64,000 nucleotides of DNA, from positions 122,264,001 to 122,328,000 of the forward strand of contig OX597817.1 in NCBI GenBank assembly GCA_951406725.2, in the 5' to 3' direction. Position 1 is the first letter of the stretch. Each line of letters begins with the position of its first letter. Positions 26,471 through 41,160 of this stretch are shown here, piece by piece. The notes below the pieces were generated by a model. It made no database searches. It worked only from the letters and a program-made list of their open reading frames with translations, and was not told the origin of the DNA. The stretch is from Octopus vulgaris. Lineage: Eukaryota. A program made the translations under genes and the position numbers.

Positions 26471-26660
26471 TATTATTACCCTGTGAACATAAGCGAAAGC
26501 AGGCTATCGTAATCACTCATTTTCATCTGTTTGTCTGTGTGTTTGCAAAATTATTGGAAAACAGTTGAAGAAATCTTTACCAAATTTGGCAGAAATACAT
26601 GTTGAGTGAGTGGCTCAAAATGGTGAAAATTGGTTTGATTATCTTCAAACATACATAAAC
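26471..26660 (+). mobile_element. Possible Helentron/DINE-1-like non-autonomous fragment
   Basis: tattattaccc..aagcgaaagcaggctat..ctgtttgtctgt..accaaatttggca resembles HINE 5' architecture; degenerate. Confidence 0.35.
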
Positions 26661-27074
26661 ACACACATAGAAATGCGACTCTGTGTGTGTTTGTGTGTGT
26701 GTGTGTGTACTGTGCTGGATTGAAGGGTTTCATTATTCATGATTTCTTAAATTCTCAGGAGTATAAATACCTATAATGGTGAAACACCTCTCAAATTCTA
26801 TGCAATATTTTATATAAATATTTCATTTTGTTCACTTTCTTTTTCATATGAATTCACCCTTATCTGTGTGTGTATATATCATGATGTACCTATGTGCATA
26901 GCCATGTGTGGGTACATACATACATACATACATAAATGTATATATAGATATGCAACTGTGTGTGTGTGTGTGTGTGCATATATATACAGTGATGGATTTG
27001 AGGATTACAGTTATTTACAAGCTAATTTTTTAATTTCACCAGAGTATAAATACCTGTAATGATAATACTTGAAA

Positions 27075-27152
<78 letters not shown>

Positions 27153-27493
27153 TTAGGTTCATTAAAATGCATGGGTAAGCAACAAATTGCAAGCCACTCT
27201 ATAATTTGTGAAAAAATTTATCAGCATGCAGGGTGTGTAAGGTCAACTTTATCTTTCCTTTTTTTGCAGGGTCAATAAAATAAAGTACCTGTCAAGTACT
27301 AAGGAAGGTGGTGGAGCAGATACAATGGATTTGTTCCCTCCCATCAAAATTACTGGCCTTGTACCAAACTAAGACAGAATGATGATCATCATCATCATAA
27401 TAATTTTCATTATTATTATTGAGAGACAGAGGAGGTAAATATATTATGAGGATATTTTATTTATGATTCAGTGACACTCTCACACACAAATAA

Positions 27494-27564
<71 letters not shown>

Positions 27565-27840
27565 ATATAGATACATACATACTGTTGATTACTTATAATC
27601 TGTATTTACTAATTTATATATTTATTTGCTTTTACATTATAGAGACTCAGCAAATTTAGCATAAATAACTCTTTTCTGGGGATAAAATTGGCTTATAGAA
27701 AATATATCATTTGCCTATAATGCACAAAGTATATTTTTGACACTTACTTTTCACAAAAATAGCATTTTTAATGCCAGAAAATAGGGTAATTTCATTATTG
27801 TAACTGATATTATTATTGTGAATAAACAATTTTATTGCCG

Positions 27841-28281
27841 TCTTCTATCTTTTATTCATTAGACTGCAGCCATACTGGGGCACCGGCATCAAGAATTTAG
27901 TTTTTAGTTGAATGATTCATCCCCAATATGTATTTCTTTTTTGAAGCCTGGTACTAATTCTATTGATGTCTTTTGCCAAACTGCTAAGTCACGGAGATGT
28001 AAACAAACCAACAGCAGTTGTCAAGCAGTGTTAGGAGACAAACACTGATACAAAGAGACACACACGTTGATTAAGCCGTGGCCATATTGGGGTATCGCCT
28101 TCAAGAATTTCCTTTAGCTGAATGAATCAACTCCAGAATTTTGTTTTGCTTGTTTTTAAGCCTGATTCTTACTGTATTGGAGTCTTTTGCTGAACTGCTA
28201 AGTTATAGGGATATAAATAAACCAACACCGGTTGTCAAGCTGTGGCAGAAGACAAACACTGACATGAAGAAACACATACAT

Positions 28282-28326
<45 letters not shown>

Positions 28327-28459
28327 GTTCAAATTTATAGAAAAACAAAGATGAAGACAAGTGTAAGAACAACAAGCAAGTGTCTTAGTTTGGGAAAAAT
28401 TTAAAAGTCTCTTATATTTTAAGCCCACACTATATGTCTGTGTGTACGTATATAAATAA

Positions 28460-28506
<47 letters not shown>

Positions 28507-28685
28507 TGCACTTTTATATAACAGGATCTTTCAGTTTCCACCTACCAAATCTACTCACAAAGTTTTGGTCAGCCTTCCAGTATAGCCTGAAGCTAGAGTG
28601 GAAGGCACTTGCCCGAGATGCCAAGCAGTGTGACAGAACTCAGGACTATGTGATTGGGAAGCAAACTTCTTACTACATAGCCTTG
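27841..28685 (-). mobile_element. Cluster of degenerate family A pieces with an embedded Penelope-like terminus
   Basis: Two tail segments (~27841-28070 and ~28077-28270) and a head segment (~28520-28685). Confidence 0.65.
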
Positions 28686-28871
28686 CTAAAGTGAGAAAGA
28701 AAAAAAAGGAAAAGGGAATAAAGCAACACACTTTCAGTATCTTAATTTTAGTAAGAAACTAGGAAGAGTTTTTGAGTACCAGTTTGTAATCCCATAAGTT
28801 TGAGTTCAAATCTAATCAGTATTGACTTTATGCTTTGCAATGCTAAGATTAACGAAACAAATACTTGTAAT

Positions 28872-29286
28872 ATCTTTTTATCTTTTACATGTTTCAGTCA
28901 ATAGACTGTGGCCATGTTGGGGCACTGCTTTGAAGAATTTTTAGTCGAACAAGTTGACCGCAGTACTTGATTTTTTTGCTAAGCCTGGTACTTGCTCTAT
29001 CAGTCTCTTTTGCCAAACCACTATGTTATGAGGACATAAACACATCAGCACTGCTTGGGAAGCAGTGGTGGGAGATAAACAAAGACACACACACACACGC
29101 AAACACACACACACACAAACACACACACAAATATATGGGTTTCTTTCAGTTTCTGCCTACCAAATCCACTCACAAGGCTTTGGTCAGTCTGAGGCTATAG
29201 TAGAAGACACTTGCCCAAGGTGCCATGCTGTGGGACTGAACCCAGAACAGTGTGGTTTGGAAGGAAGCTTCTTACCACAGAGCCAC
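28872..29286 (-). mobile_element. SINE family A, full length
   Basis: tcttttacatgtttcagtca..gaagacacttgcccaaggtgcca..cttaccacagagccac. Confidence 0.9.
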
Positions 29287-30049
29287 AATAAAACTTACAG
29301 GTCGATAAACCTAAGGTAGCAGGAGTACGCTGCTATCAATACAAGTGAGTAATATTATCTCTCCAGAAACAAATATAAGGAACAAAGAACATTGGCTGGT
29401 TGCCTGTCAAAATTAATCCTTACTCTAATTTATCGCTTTTATTTTTAAATAAAACCTTATGAGTGAGAATCTGTGAGGTTTTATTTAAAATATAAAGTGT
29501 TAAAAGATGAAGGAAAAAATTATGCATTTATGCATAGACATGGTGAAAATAATCTAGAAAATAATTTATCTGGTGGAAAACGAAACCAACTGACATTAGA
29601 CTTCTTTGCGTTGTAAGTATGTAACATAATTCAAAAGGTTCCACGAAAGTGGCTTCACTAAAAGTAAAGGGGAAAATCCAATGAAAGTATTTCCTTCGTG
29701 ATGATTACTGCTGGAAATTGGAAATGTTTTTAAAATAACAACAAACAAGAAAGATTTCAAGGTAAATCTCTGAGAAGAAAACAAAAATCAATATTATAAA
29801 GGAATGAAGAGGCAGGAAGAAAATGTATAAAGAAATGAAAAGTGCATGCCTTGGTTAAGTGGTACTCTACATGGCTTTGGGTGTTTTTCAGGAATCTCAA
29901 GTTTCTGTAGTTTAGATTATGTTTGATTCCTGTATTTATTTTTCATTTTTAGTTATCATTTATTATTTAGTTATTTATTTTTCTCTTTTGTTTTCTTATA
30001 TGTTTTTATATAGTTCTTTATTTCATCTCCACGACATTTTCAGCAAGTT

Positions 30050-30356
30050 CTGTCTCTCTCTCTTTCTCTCTTTCTCTCTTTATCTGTTTATCCATCAGTC
30101 TATCTATCTATCTGTCTGTCTATCTATCTATCTGGCTATCTCTTTATCTATCTGTCTGTCTATCTATCTATCTGGCTATCTATTATCAATCTGTCTGTCT
30201 ATCTATCTATCTGGCTATCTATTATCTATCTGGCTCTCTATTATCTATCTTTCTATCTATCTATCTGGCTATCTATTATCTATCTATCTATCTGTCTGTC
30301 TGTCTGTCTGTCTATCTATTTTTCAATCTATGTATGTATGTATGTATGTATATATG

Positions 30357-30417
<61 letters not shown>

Positions 30418-30477
30418 GTCTATCTTTCAATCTACCTATCTATTTATCTTTTACTCTATTTGTCTGTCTGTCTCTCT
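30050..30477. repeat. (TCTA)n/(TCTG)n tetranucleotide tract
   Basis: Direct inspection. Confidence 0.95.
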
Positions 30478-30905
30478 GAGAATGTGAATATGAATACGAA
30501 CAGCTTTTTTGCATATGTTTTAGATATCATAATATGCTGAAAATTAGAGAATGACATTTTAAGCCAAGACTTTTAGAAATACATATCAAAAACATTTTTC
30601 TAGACTTACATTTATTTAACTGATAATGCATTACTATAAAAGAATAAAAAAAAATCAACATTCTTTTGTAGCAGGAATACATTGAAATATGAAGATAATT
30701 TCCACATACACCAGTATTGATCTTAGAAATTGCATATTGTCATGTCTACAGACAATTGTTCAGACAATTGACAACTTATATTTGCAACACATTCTTCATA
30801 TCCTAGCAATGAATAAAAAAAAATCAAATTTTTTTTAATCCTTTGTGGCCTAATTGCATTTGAAAGCTTGTCAGGAGTAAATTAAAAGATGCTAATATCA
30901 AGAAT

Positions 30906-31163
30906 GTGGAGGCACATGGCCTAGTGGTTAAAGTAGGGGACTCACAGTCGAGGGGTCATGGGTTCGAATCTCAGCTCCTTGCGGCTTCAGCAGAAGGTAA
31001 TGGCAAACTTTCACCACAACTTTCTCTCACTCTTTCCTCCTGCATCTAGTAGCTCACCTGCGATGGACTGGCATCCTGTCCAGACGAGGAACCTACATGC
31101 CAATGAAACTGGGAAACCAGCCGTTATGAACCAAGCGTGGCTTGAGAAGGAACAAGCAACAAC
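30906..31163 (+). mobile_element. tRNA-derived SINE family E with 12-bp TSD
   Basis: A box tggcctagtgg and B box ggttcgaatct; V-like cctgcgatggactggcatcctgtccag; TSD aatatc[a/g]agaat at 30894-30905 and 31164-31175. Confidence 0.85.
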
Positions 31164-31422
31164 AATATCGAGAATACAGTAGATGTGAATCTTAAAACCC
31201 AGGCTTTTTCAAATTAACTGGTAGGCCTAAGCTATCATCTGGTTTAAAGCTTTCATCTGGGCCTTGGATGCTTTTTATTAGTGTTCACCCTACTGCAAGC
31301 ATTCAGGTTAAGTCTCTAGTTTGCAGATAACTTTTTCCCATCAATCTCAGAAGCCCTGGAAAGGGTCACAGGTGCTGTCTCTCCTGCCACTCGCTAAGAG
31401 ATTGAAATCAAATCTGTGCTAA

Positions 31423-31472
<50 letters not shown>

Positions 31473-31483
31473 TTTTCTAACAT

Positions 31484-31688
31484 GCTGCATATCCCAACAT
31501 ATAAGATGCACTTTTCTTATTTTCTAGATATATCAATAAAATTACCATGTGTTTAAGGTAGCGGTATTACAAATGGTACACTGAATGTATAACTGTATGA
31601 AATATTAAATTTGTTTTTCACCAAATATACTCTAAAATAGGGGTACATTTTATGCAAGAGTGCATCTTATACACCCACAAATACAATA
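31484..31688. mobile_element. Possible pogo/Tigger-like MITE, degenerate
   Basis: Inverted ends tataagatgcact / agtgcatcttata; similar architecture at ~34004-34199. Confidence 0.45.
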
Positions 31689-33492
31689 GACAAAAGACTA
31701 CAATATTTGATTGACAAATGTAGCCAGTTATCTTGATTCCAGTATTTGACTAGTGATTTATATTATTGACACCAGAATATAAAAAAAGGCAAAACAAATA
31801 CCACAAGCACTATACCTGTTGCCCTAATAGTTCTACTGAATATATAGTTATAAAGATGAATCATGATCAGTTGCATCATCCACAATGGATGACTGTTATT
31901 ATTTATTTCATTTACACTGGAATGATGGAAGACAAAATCAGTAGTTCTGATGGATATTTCAACTCATAAAAAAATTAAACTAAAAATTTGCAAGATATTT
32001 GGTGCAACTCTCAAATGTATCTGCCACTTCCCTGCACCATGAGACAGTAATAGAATTTTACTAACAAATATTATTTTTCACTACTAAGGGGGTATAATTT
32101 GATAGATTGACAGTCGACAGGGTCAGTTTTTTTTTAAAATCCATAATAGAGAGAAATTATATAACTAAACCCAAATTTTTATTTAAAAAACCTAAACATT
32201 TTGAAATATGTCTGATAATAGTATAACCAATCTTTGGCCACTAATATCTACATAATAATCTGAAATTCTTGACAAAAACTATATTTGATAATTCTCTCAA
32301 ATTCTGTCACTTAGTCAGCTTTTTCTTTTTAGAGGAAAGTGGATTAAATCAATTACTTTGGCCCCAGTACTTGACTGGTATTTTATTGACCCTGAACAGA
32401 TAAAAGGCAAAGTTGACCTCAGTAGTATTTGGACTCAGAGCGTAAAGAGTTGAAATAAATGTCATTGAGCATATAGTCTAATGTGCTAACACCACCTTGA
32501 GCCTATGTCCAAAATATGATAACCTAAGTTGCTATCTACCTCCTGTTTCACCAACCAAAGCCAGAGATACTTTATCTCCTTTAATCAATTAAAAAGAAAT
32601 GCCTGAAATGTCAGTTTTTCTACTCTGTTTTTGCAATTGATAAGTGAGGCTTTTTGGACATATTTTTTAGTCTGCAAACCACATAAAAACTATCGATCAT
32701 ATTCCTACTCGTGTTACTTCATTTATTATTTATGTTTTATTTTCTTTCTCTCCATAATTTCAAGTCCTGATGTACTTTGCAAGGCATGGTGGTGATTAAC
32801 TCAAATTTATCTCAGTACTTCAAAGGTACTTATTTCATTGAGAACAAATTATGTTATTGATTTAACTGAATTCCTTTCTTACCACAGTTTAGAGTTGAGT
32901 ATGAAAATCTTTAAAATGATTTCACTGTCTTCACCAAGTTAGCAACTAAGAAACAAATAAAAACTAATGTATCCCCATTTGATGGGATTTTATTAGAAAG
33001 CCTTTACAAACTGTCTAAAATAATAAGTAAAAAAATTATGGAAGTAAATAAAAGGGTGAGTTAATAAATGCTGTGTAAAATTTCAGCATCAATTTTGTTT
33101 TCATTCTGAATAGGAAAGGTAAGAATAGTCATTCGGTAAAACTGGAGCATTCTGACAATGTTAGAAAGCTGAAATCTAATTTCTCTCTGCTTCAGCTTTC
33201 AGTGTAATTGATAAAATGTGACAATATAGAGTGTTGACATTTGAAGAGATGAAGGCATTACTGATTCAAATAGAGATACTACTTAGTGAAATCAAATGGA
33301 CTTCAGAAAATCTATGAAAAGAATGTAATTGTTTGTATTTTCTTTCCTTTTGCATTACCGAAGAAAATAGATTAATAGAAATGAAAGACAAGTTTGCTGA
33401 CAAATTTTTAAACTTCCTTACTGTTTTTAATAATTGCAAAAAGAAACATAGTAACACTTCAAAGTGGAACACCATGACAGTATAAATATTCA

Positions 33493-33529
<37 letters not shown>

Positions 33530-34338
33530 GTGTGTGAATTGAATGAGAGAAAGTGGGGAGGAAAAGAGAGAGAGAAGGAGAAAGTGAGAGAGATATGTTG
33601 TTTGTAAAAGCAAAGGAAGCCTTAATCGAATAAAGAACCCTACACATTGGAATCAGAGTATCTGATTTTCATTTAGGAGAATACATACAAATCTGTTTTG
33701 TTGATCGTTTTAATTCTTCAGAGCATTGGAAACTAGACTGGTGAGGTTCTTATGTGTATATCACAGCCAACTTTAAAGGAAAACAACAAAAACAAAAAAA
33801 AAAAAACCCAGAAAACTAAGAAGTAAAAGAGAGAGATAGTAAAAGATGGGGATATTGAGTGTGTGAATAAGCCTTAAATTCTACATTAGCATAAAGTGAG
33901 TAATTATTCAAATTTGATGGAAACATAATCAGATTAATTTCACAGTTAAGGAAGTTAATTTGATTTGTGCTACAGGAGAAATGCTCTCTGAAACTTGCAA
34001 AGGTACTAGATTTTCTGGCACTCAAGTCAAATTTTTCAGACCAAAATTTACAGCCAAAAAAGAGGGTTTGACTTACATGCAAAAATGACTCTGGAGGATC
34101 AAAAATTCCATGCGAAATGCAGAAGAATTTGTAAAGATAATACTGAAGTTTGAAGTTTACTCATTATACAATGCTGACTTTTACATCAGAAAATACAGTG
34201 TGAGTGCAAAAATAAATTTTGGAAGCCTAAGGTTGAATTAGGGCAAAGAATAAGCTTTATGATACGAAGTGAGCAAAGGCTTTTATTTAGAGGTAAATTA
34301 TAAAAACTGATCAAAGTAAAAAAATGTTATAATCATAT

Positions 34339-34930
34339 AGGTGCAGGCATGGCTGTGTGATTAAGAGGCTTGCCCTGCAACCACATGGTTTCAGGTTCAG
34401 TCCAACTGCACAGCATCTTGAGTGTCTTCGTCTACAGTCCTTGGTTTAAAATGCTTTGTGAATGAAGTTGGTTGATAGAAACTGTGGAAACTGGCAGAAA
34501 CGTTAGCCCGCTGGATGAAATGCTTAGCGGTATTTCGTCTGCCATTATGTTCTGAGTTCAAATTCCGCCGAGGTTGACTTTGCTCTTCATCCTTTCGGGG
34601 TCGATAACTTAACTACCAGTTATGCACTGGGGTCGATAACTTAACTACCAGTTATGCACTGGGGTCGATGTAATTGACTTAATCCCTTTGTCTGTCTTTG
34701 TTTGTCCCCTCTATGTTTAGCCCCTTGTGAGCAATAAAAAAATAAGAAACTGTGGAAACTATACAGAAGTCTGCTATGTGTATAGCTTTATCTTTGTTCC
34801 ACCACAACTTGACAAATGGTATTGGTTTATTTATGTCCTCATAACTTATTTTTTCAGTAAAACAGACTAGATGAATAAGTATGGGAGTTAAATATAAGTA
34901 CTAGGATTGGTTTGTGTGACTAAACCCATG
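34339..34930 (+). mobile_element. SINE family A interrupted by a family B insertion
   Basis: A head at 34339-34492; the A body resumes at 34761. Confidence 0.8.
34493..34744 (+). mobile_element. SINE family B nested insertion, 16-bp TSD
   Basis: TSD agaaactgtggaaact at 34477-34492 and 34745-34760; internal 32-bp tandem duplication at 34597-34660. Confidence 0.9.
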
Positions 34931-34989
34931 AAGGCAATGAAAACTTGCGAAAGTCCAGAAACCTGGTCAAGGACATGATGATCTCCATA

Positions 34990-35854
34990 GCATTTGAGCT
35001 ATGATAAAATACACCTAAAACATTCTGTTTTATGCCAAAAGTGGAATGTACTTACAAGACTGACCAGGCTAGAAATGCAGTAATTCCAAAGAAGAAACTG
35101 ACTTAAACAGTGATGATAACGATACAAGACAACGACCAGGCCACAATCAGCTGAGATATGCTGGTTCAAAATAACAAAGAATTAAAAGCTAATCACCCAG
35201 ACATAATAAAGACTTGGTGAAAAAAAAAAACACCTGCTTACTGATAGACATTACAGTCCATTCTGGTCAAAATACTGTCCAAGAAGAAGAGGAGAAATTG
35301 TCAGACTACAAAGACCTCAAAATTGAAACATTCATGTGGGGCATGAAGGTAAAAACAATACTAGTAACAATTGGAGTATTGTGCATGATAAAATATCGAA
35401 TGAACAAAAAAATAGAAGCTATACCTGGATCCTCAACACTATAAACTATCCATAAAATAGCCCTGATAGGAACAGCCCAAATCCTACAGGAGACGCTATC
35501 GATTCAACAATACAACCTAAACAAAACAAACCATGAACACAAGACGTACTCTATACAGCAGTAATCCAATGAAATAAACTTCTACCAGCAAACCAATAAA
35601 CTGATGCATTCCACACCCAATACGCAATACAAGCAGTAATACAACAAAAGATTGCACCACACCTCAAGAGAAAAAAGTAAAACAAACAATTGTTCAATGC
35701 CAGGAAGAGTTTGCACACTTCCAACAACAGAAAAAAACACACAATGCTGCTCACACCCCAGCAACATGGAGATGTAGCCGGTGATGCAGTAGAAATTTGC
35801 CTCAATCTACCAAATGTTGAACAATTGTATAATAATAATAATAATAATAATAAT
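34990..35854 (+). mobile_element. R4/Dong-type (RLE endonuclease) LINE 3' fragment
   Basis: KELKANHPDII / frameshift / KKNTCLLIDITV..EEEKLSDYKDLKIE..MWGMKVKTILVTIGVL..IPG..*TIHKIALIGTAQIL is a PD-(D/E)xK RLE C-terminus, followed by a 3' UTR and an (AAT)n tail. Confidence 0.85.
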
Positions 35855-36189
35855 GGGAGCATCATAGCCATGTGTTGAGAGGGTTTCTTTGCAGTTTGAA
35901 TGATTCACTTCTGGAAACATTGGTGTTTCATTCAACATCCTTAAACAACCCTTATTCAGGGACCTTTTGAGCGGGATGGGTTACTCGAGCAGAAGAAAAT
36001 TCTAACTGGGCCCCACCTGCAAGGTCATGCGCTGTTAATCTTGATATGAGATCACCATGTCACGCACATATCGTTATGATGCATGTGCCTGGTGTACCCT
36101 TATCAGATGGGTATAGTCATGATGGGTATATTGGGGTTCGTATATTTTACCCCAGTGTCACTTGGATGGCATGCACTGCTCTCTCACTC

Positions 36190-36241
<52 letters not shown>
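35855..36241 (+). mobile_element. (AAT)n-tailed retroposon 3' end inserted in the preceding (AAT)n tail
   Basis: 336-bp complex, relatively GC-rich segment flanked on both sides by (AAT)n. Confidence 0.55.
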
Positions 36242-36242
<1 letters not shown>

Positions 36243-36313
36243 GAAGAAGAAGAAGTAGAAGAAGAAGAAGAAGAAGAAGAAGAAGAAGAAGATGATGATG
36301 ATGATGATGATAA
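36190..36313. repeat. Compound microsatellite (AAT)n(AAG)n(GAT)n
   Basis: Direct inspection. Confidence 0.95.
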
Positions 36314-37257
36314 TGTAACTAATTAAAAATGTCAATACCATACACAGTCATGCAAGCTTACTTTTAAAGAAGATACAGTTATTAATATAGAAGCTCTTTA
36401 AGAAAGGTACCATCAAGAAGGTTCCTGAAGGTTGATTTAGAATAGGAATATTTTTCCTTGTTGAAGTAATCCAGCTGTTTGTTCTATAGATTTTCCAGTC
36501 TACGCACTCAACAGCCAGCTGCAAATATGAATTTCCTCTCATCTTATCATATTACTAAAACTGCATTAATGCCATTATACTGATTAAATTCTTTTCTGTA
36601 TTTCAACATCTTTCTAAGGTTGCATTACTTTGGTAGGTAATTTATTGAAACTTTTCTCAGAACAACATGTGAAACCTAAGCAAAAAGTATTATTTATTTA
36701 TTTATTTATTTTACTTTCCAGTAAAACAATAATAATGAAAATAACTAAAAAATAAAAACAAACCAAAACAATAAACGTAACAAATTACCACATAAATAAA
36801 ACAATAATAGGCAGCACGAGCTATTCCTCATGATCACATTTTTTAAAATATGGAAGCATCGAACAACAATATTAGGCATTAATATTGTGTTAATAATTTT
36901 GAGGATTACAGCTGAAAACTAATGAACATCAACACCATAGAAAGAAATATTATCAGACAACTATTTTTAATTAAATATTGGTCTTTGTTTTGTTTTGTTT
37001 TAATTGTCTTCTAATCAACATGTGGAGAGGATAATTGTTTAAAGTTCTGTCCTTATCTGTTCTGGTTCTTATTTTTAGACAAGACTATGTGCACATACAC
37101 TCATACACACACACACACACACACACACACATGCGCACACACATACATAGATGCATATATATATGTGTGTGTGTTGTATACTGTATGTGTTTACATACAT
37201 GCACAGACATATACATACATATACATACATATACATACATATGCATATATATAAATA

Positions 37258-37337
<80 letters not shown>

Positions 37338-38156
37338 ACATTCACACAGAAAGAGAGAGAGTTTCTGCTATAACAATATACAAAAATTCTAGAAATTAAG
37401 AAAAATAGGAACAGTAAAATAATTAGCAGATTTTTATTTTAATGCAATAAATTTTCATTAAAACTAATTGAAAACCATCCCCCCTTCCTCCTCATCGTCA
37501 TTGTTATCATCATCATCATCATCAACAACAGCAGCAGCATACTCGTCATTATTCTTGTATTGATTACTTTTACTTCTATCTTTCAGTATTAGCAACACAG
37601 TATCTCTCAATTGCAGTGTGATCATATGGTTTCATCAACCATCATCTTGTCTAAACCTCATGTTGGTTTGTCCCAAGTCTTTGATTTCCTTGTCCTTCTA
37701 TTTATTTATTTATTTTTTTGCTTTTTGTTTTTATTCTGTTTCTCCTGCCTCCCAAATAACTAAGTTCAGTTGACACTACCACCAGCAAAAAGAAAAAAAA
37801 AAGCATCTATATATATATACCTACCTGACTATGTGAAAAATAGCTGATAAATCTTTCTCGTACCACATTCAATGTCTTAAAAAAAATGAAGGAGTAACAC
37901 ACTGCATAATGGATTCATAGATATTCTATGCCAAAAAAAAAAAAATTCAAAGGAGGAGATGGTCATAACTAGGCTTATGACTGGGATTTTATTTGCTCAT
38001 AAACTTCTCAGCTTGATCAGGGCAAACCTTGAAGCTAAATACTAAATTTGATGCGTAAGATCACAAATTTTGAGGTGAGGAAAACTTTTTGTTAGAAGGC
38101 TGTGTTATTATTAGCAGCCATTTGACAAGACAGCATTTCCCTCAAAATTTTAAATA

Positions 38157-38303
38157 TTCTTTTCTACACTAGGTACTAGGCCTGAAATGTTTGGGGAGGG
38201 GGTCAGTCGATTACATTGACCCCAGTACACAACTAGTACTTAATTTATCGACCCCGAAAAGATGAAAGGCAAAGTTGACCTTGGCAGAATTTGAACTCAG
38301 AAC
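38157..38303 (-). mobile_element. SINE family B, 3' part
   Basis: gtacttaatttatcgaccccgaaaagatgaaaggcaaagttgacc is the reverse complement of the B core. Confidence 0.8.
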
Positions 38304-38359
38304 AGGGTTAAGCTTCTCTCAATCATAAGACAGACGCAATCAAAATTTTAAATGTTGCT

Positions 38360-38639
38360 AGGAGTGGCTGTGTGGTAAGTAGCTTGCTTACCAACCACAT
38401 GGTTCCAGGTTCAGTCCCACTATATATGTATATATATGTGTGTGTTTTTGCATGTCTGCATTTGTCCCACCCAACATCGCTTGACAACCGATGCTGATAT
38501 GTTATGTCCCCGTAACTTAGCGGCAAAGGAGACCGATAGGCTTACAAAGAATAAGTCCTGGGGGCGATTTGCTCGACTAAAGACAGTGCTCCAGCATGGC
38601 CACAGTCAAATGACTGAAACAAGTAAAAGAGTAAAAGAA
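38360..38639 (+). mobile_element. SINE family A, internally deleted
   Basis: Head joined directly to the microsatellite; CORE segment missing; tail intact. Confidence 0.85.
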
Positions 38640-40774
38640 AATACCTATTATTTTATAAAACATGATTTTTCTAAAGATAAAGAAGTTTTACAATAAACAA
38701 TCTTTCTTTTATTCTATTTTCCTCTTTTCAAAATATTTCTTTAGATTTCTATTTTATAATTATAATTATAATTATTTTCATGAAGTAAGCATCGGTAAAG
38801 TAATATAAATAGATGCTTCTAAAATTTGTAGTTAGTTGAAAAGGTAAGCTTTGAATACAATCAAACCAACAAAAATATATTCCAGTATAATGGTTTCCCT
38901 TCAAACATTTACTTCTTTCCGAAGGTCATACGCAAACTTTCAGAAAACTGCAGGTTTTCCACCTCTAATATAGATGATAAAATTGATCTCATTATGTCCT
39001 TGGTATTTTTATTTTATTAACTGCAGGAGGAGAGAAGACAAGGTTGATCTTATCAGTGTTTCAGCTCAGAATGTAAAGAAGAGTACCTAAATACAGTTGC
39101 TACTTTTCTATCCGGGGAGTATAATTGACTTAATCTAGAATATGTAGTGTTATATATCCATCTCAAACAACTGAATATCTAGCGAAAGATTTGATTTTAT
39201 AGCCACACAGGTCAGTAGTATAGAATATTGACTTTATAGCCACAGGTGTATAACTCCTCCTCTTCTTCATTATTATTACCACCACTGATTTTGTCATCAT
39301 AACTGTCATTGCCATTGTCATCATCATCATATCTTAGATAAAATTACACACATTGCACTTCTCACTCTTTCTTTCTCTCTCTCTTTCTTTTTTTTTCATA
39401 TCACTCGTGTTTCAAAAGTAATGGTTTTCTGAATTGCTGTAACATGGAAATCCGTAATGTGAAACTTATTTTTCCATTGACTTTCATGTTATATAACATA
39501 TCATGGTGAGAGTTTCTGGCATGTAAAATTTCCTTAACATGGGGGACACCTGAATACACATGTATGTATATATGTGTGTGTGCATATGAGTGTTTGCGTG
39601 TAAGATAGGGTACTTATACAAGTGTATATGCATGCAATCAAATATATATATACACACGCACACTGGTTGAATATTAAAATATTTCTCTAACTTTATTTGA
39701 TGTATTTCAAAATATTGAGGATAAATATAGTTAAATACATAAACATATTTTGGGAAACTTAAAATTATTTGCAAAGTTAAAAATGGAAATGTATTCCTAA
39801 TGTAGCCTTCTTAAATGAAATTCTGTGTTTCTTTCGCAAATTAAATATTAAATTCCATGAAATGAGATTGGTCATGCTATTTGTATAGAAGCTATTTTAC
39901 AAATTCTCTCTCTCAATAAATAAATTAATAAATGAATAAAAAAGTTTTAAAAAATACAAAACATCAAACTTGTCTTCTTTTTAATTGTATCACAGTTGAA
40001 TACTCTGTATGCGATTATTTCTTTTTTTCTATTTACTTCTATGAAAATTTTACGTAATATTTCTGTACTTTCACTTTTTTTTCCACTTTTTACTCTTTCA
40101 ATTCCACTAGAATTTAACATTTTATTTCTAAATTTATATAATTTGAATGAAAACAGTTTTATTCATTTTTCTACCATATATTTATTTAAGTTTTGCTTTC
40201 TTTTTTAGTAGAATTTTATTTTCCACTTGATAACTGCATCACAGCAGCAGCTTTTCTTCATCATTTCATTATTTCTCTTTTAATTTTATTTTATATGATT
40301 TTGTTTATTTACATACATATTTTCTTTAACATTGTGATTTTATCAGATTTTAGTGTTTCAGATATTTGGTCTGATAAATTTGTTTTTCTTCCAAAGGCAA
40401 CACTGTAAGGTTTACATATTATTCTACTGATTATACATTGCATACATTTATCAATGGAAATATCTTCTCACACTTGGGAGCTGTAATCTTTAACAATGCT
40501 ATCATTATTAATATCACTGGTATGCAATCAGAATAAATCTTTCTGGAGAAACCACAGGCAAAACTTATAACACTCTATCTATAACAAGGTTAAAGTGACA
40601 GGCAAATTATCGGTAATAAAAATAAGCTGAGTAAGTGTTAATGTTTGTTAGGCAGAAAAATATGTCCCCTACGCTAAGATTTTGATTTATTAGGTGAAGT
40701 CATTTAACTTAGCATGTAAAACCAATGTCCATTTAGGAAAACTCATTAGCATCATAATAACAATATACTACTAA

Positions 40775-41003
40775 TAAACCTTTAAGCAATTAAACCAGCC
40801 ATATCTGACTAAGATAATCAACCTGTTTTATTTTCAAACTGGCCAGATCTGGTCTCTCGTGGTTACCCTAAAATGTTATAATAAAAAGTAAACAATTACA
40901 TCATTGAAATATCAACGCTACAAGGTAATGCATGACAAAATTTTATTAATGTGAATAAATAAGCATTACATTTGACTGAAAAATCTGAATACTAAAGGGT
41001 TAA
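40775..41003. mobile_element. piggyBac-type MITE (third copy)
   Basis: aaaccagccatatc..gtgaataaataagcattacatttgac..ctgaatactaaagggttaa. Confidence 0.75.
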
Positions 41004-41160
41004 TCTTCTCTCAATCATAAGATTTGGAGTTCAATCCCACTGTGGTAAAAAAAAAAAAAACAATCCTATTGTAGGCTTCTTTCAGTTTCTCTCTTCTAAA
41101 TCCACCAGGTTTTAGTTTGTATAAGGCTATAGTATATATATCAATTAAAACAAATTAGAC

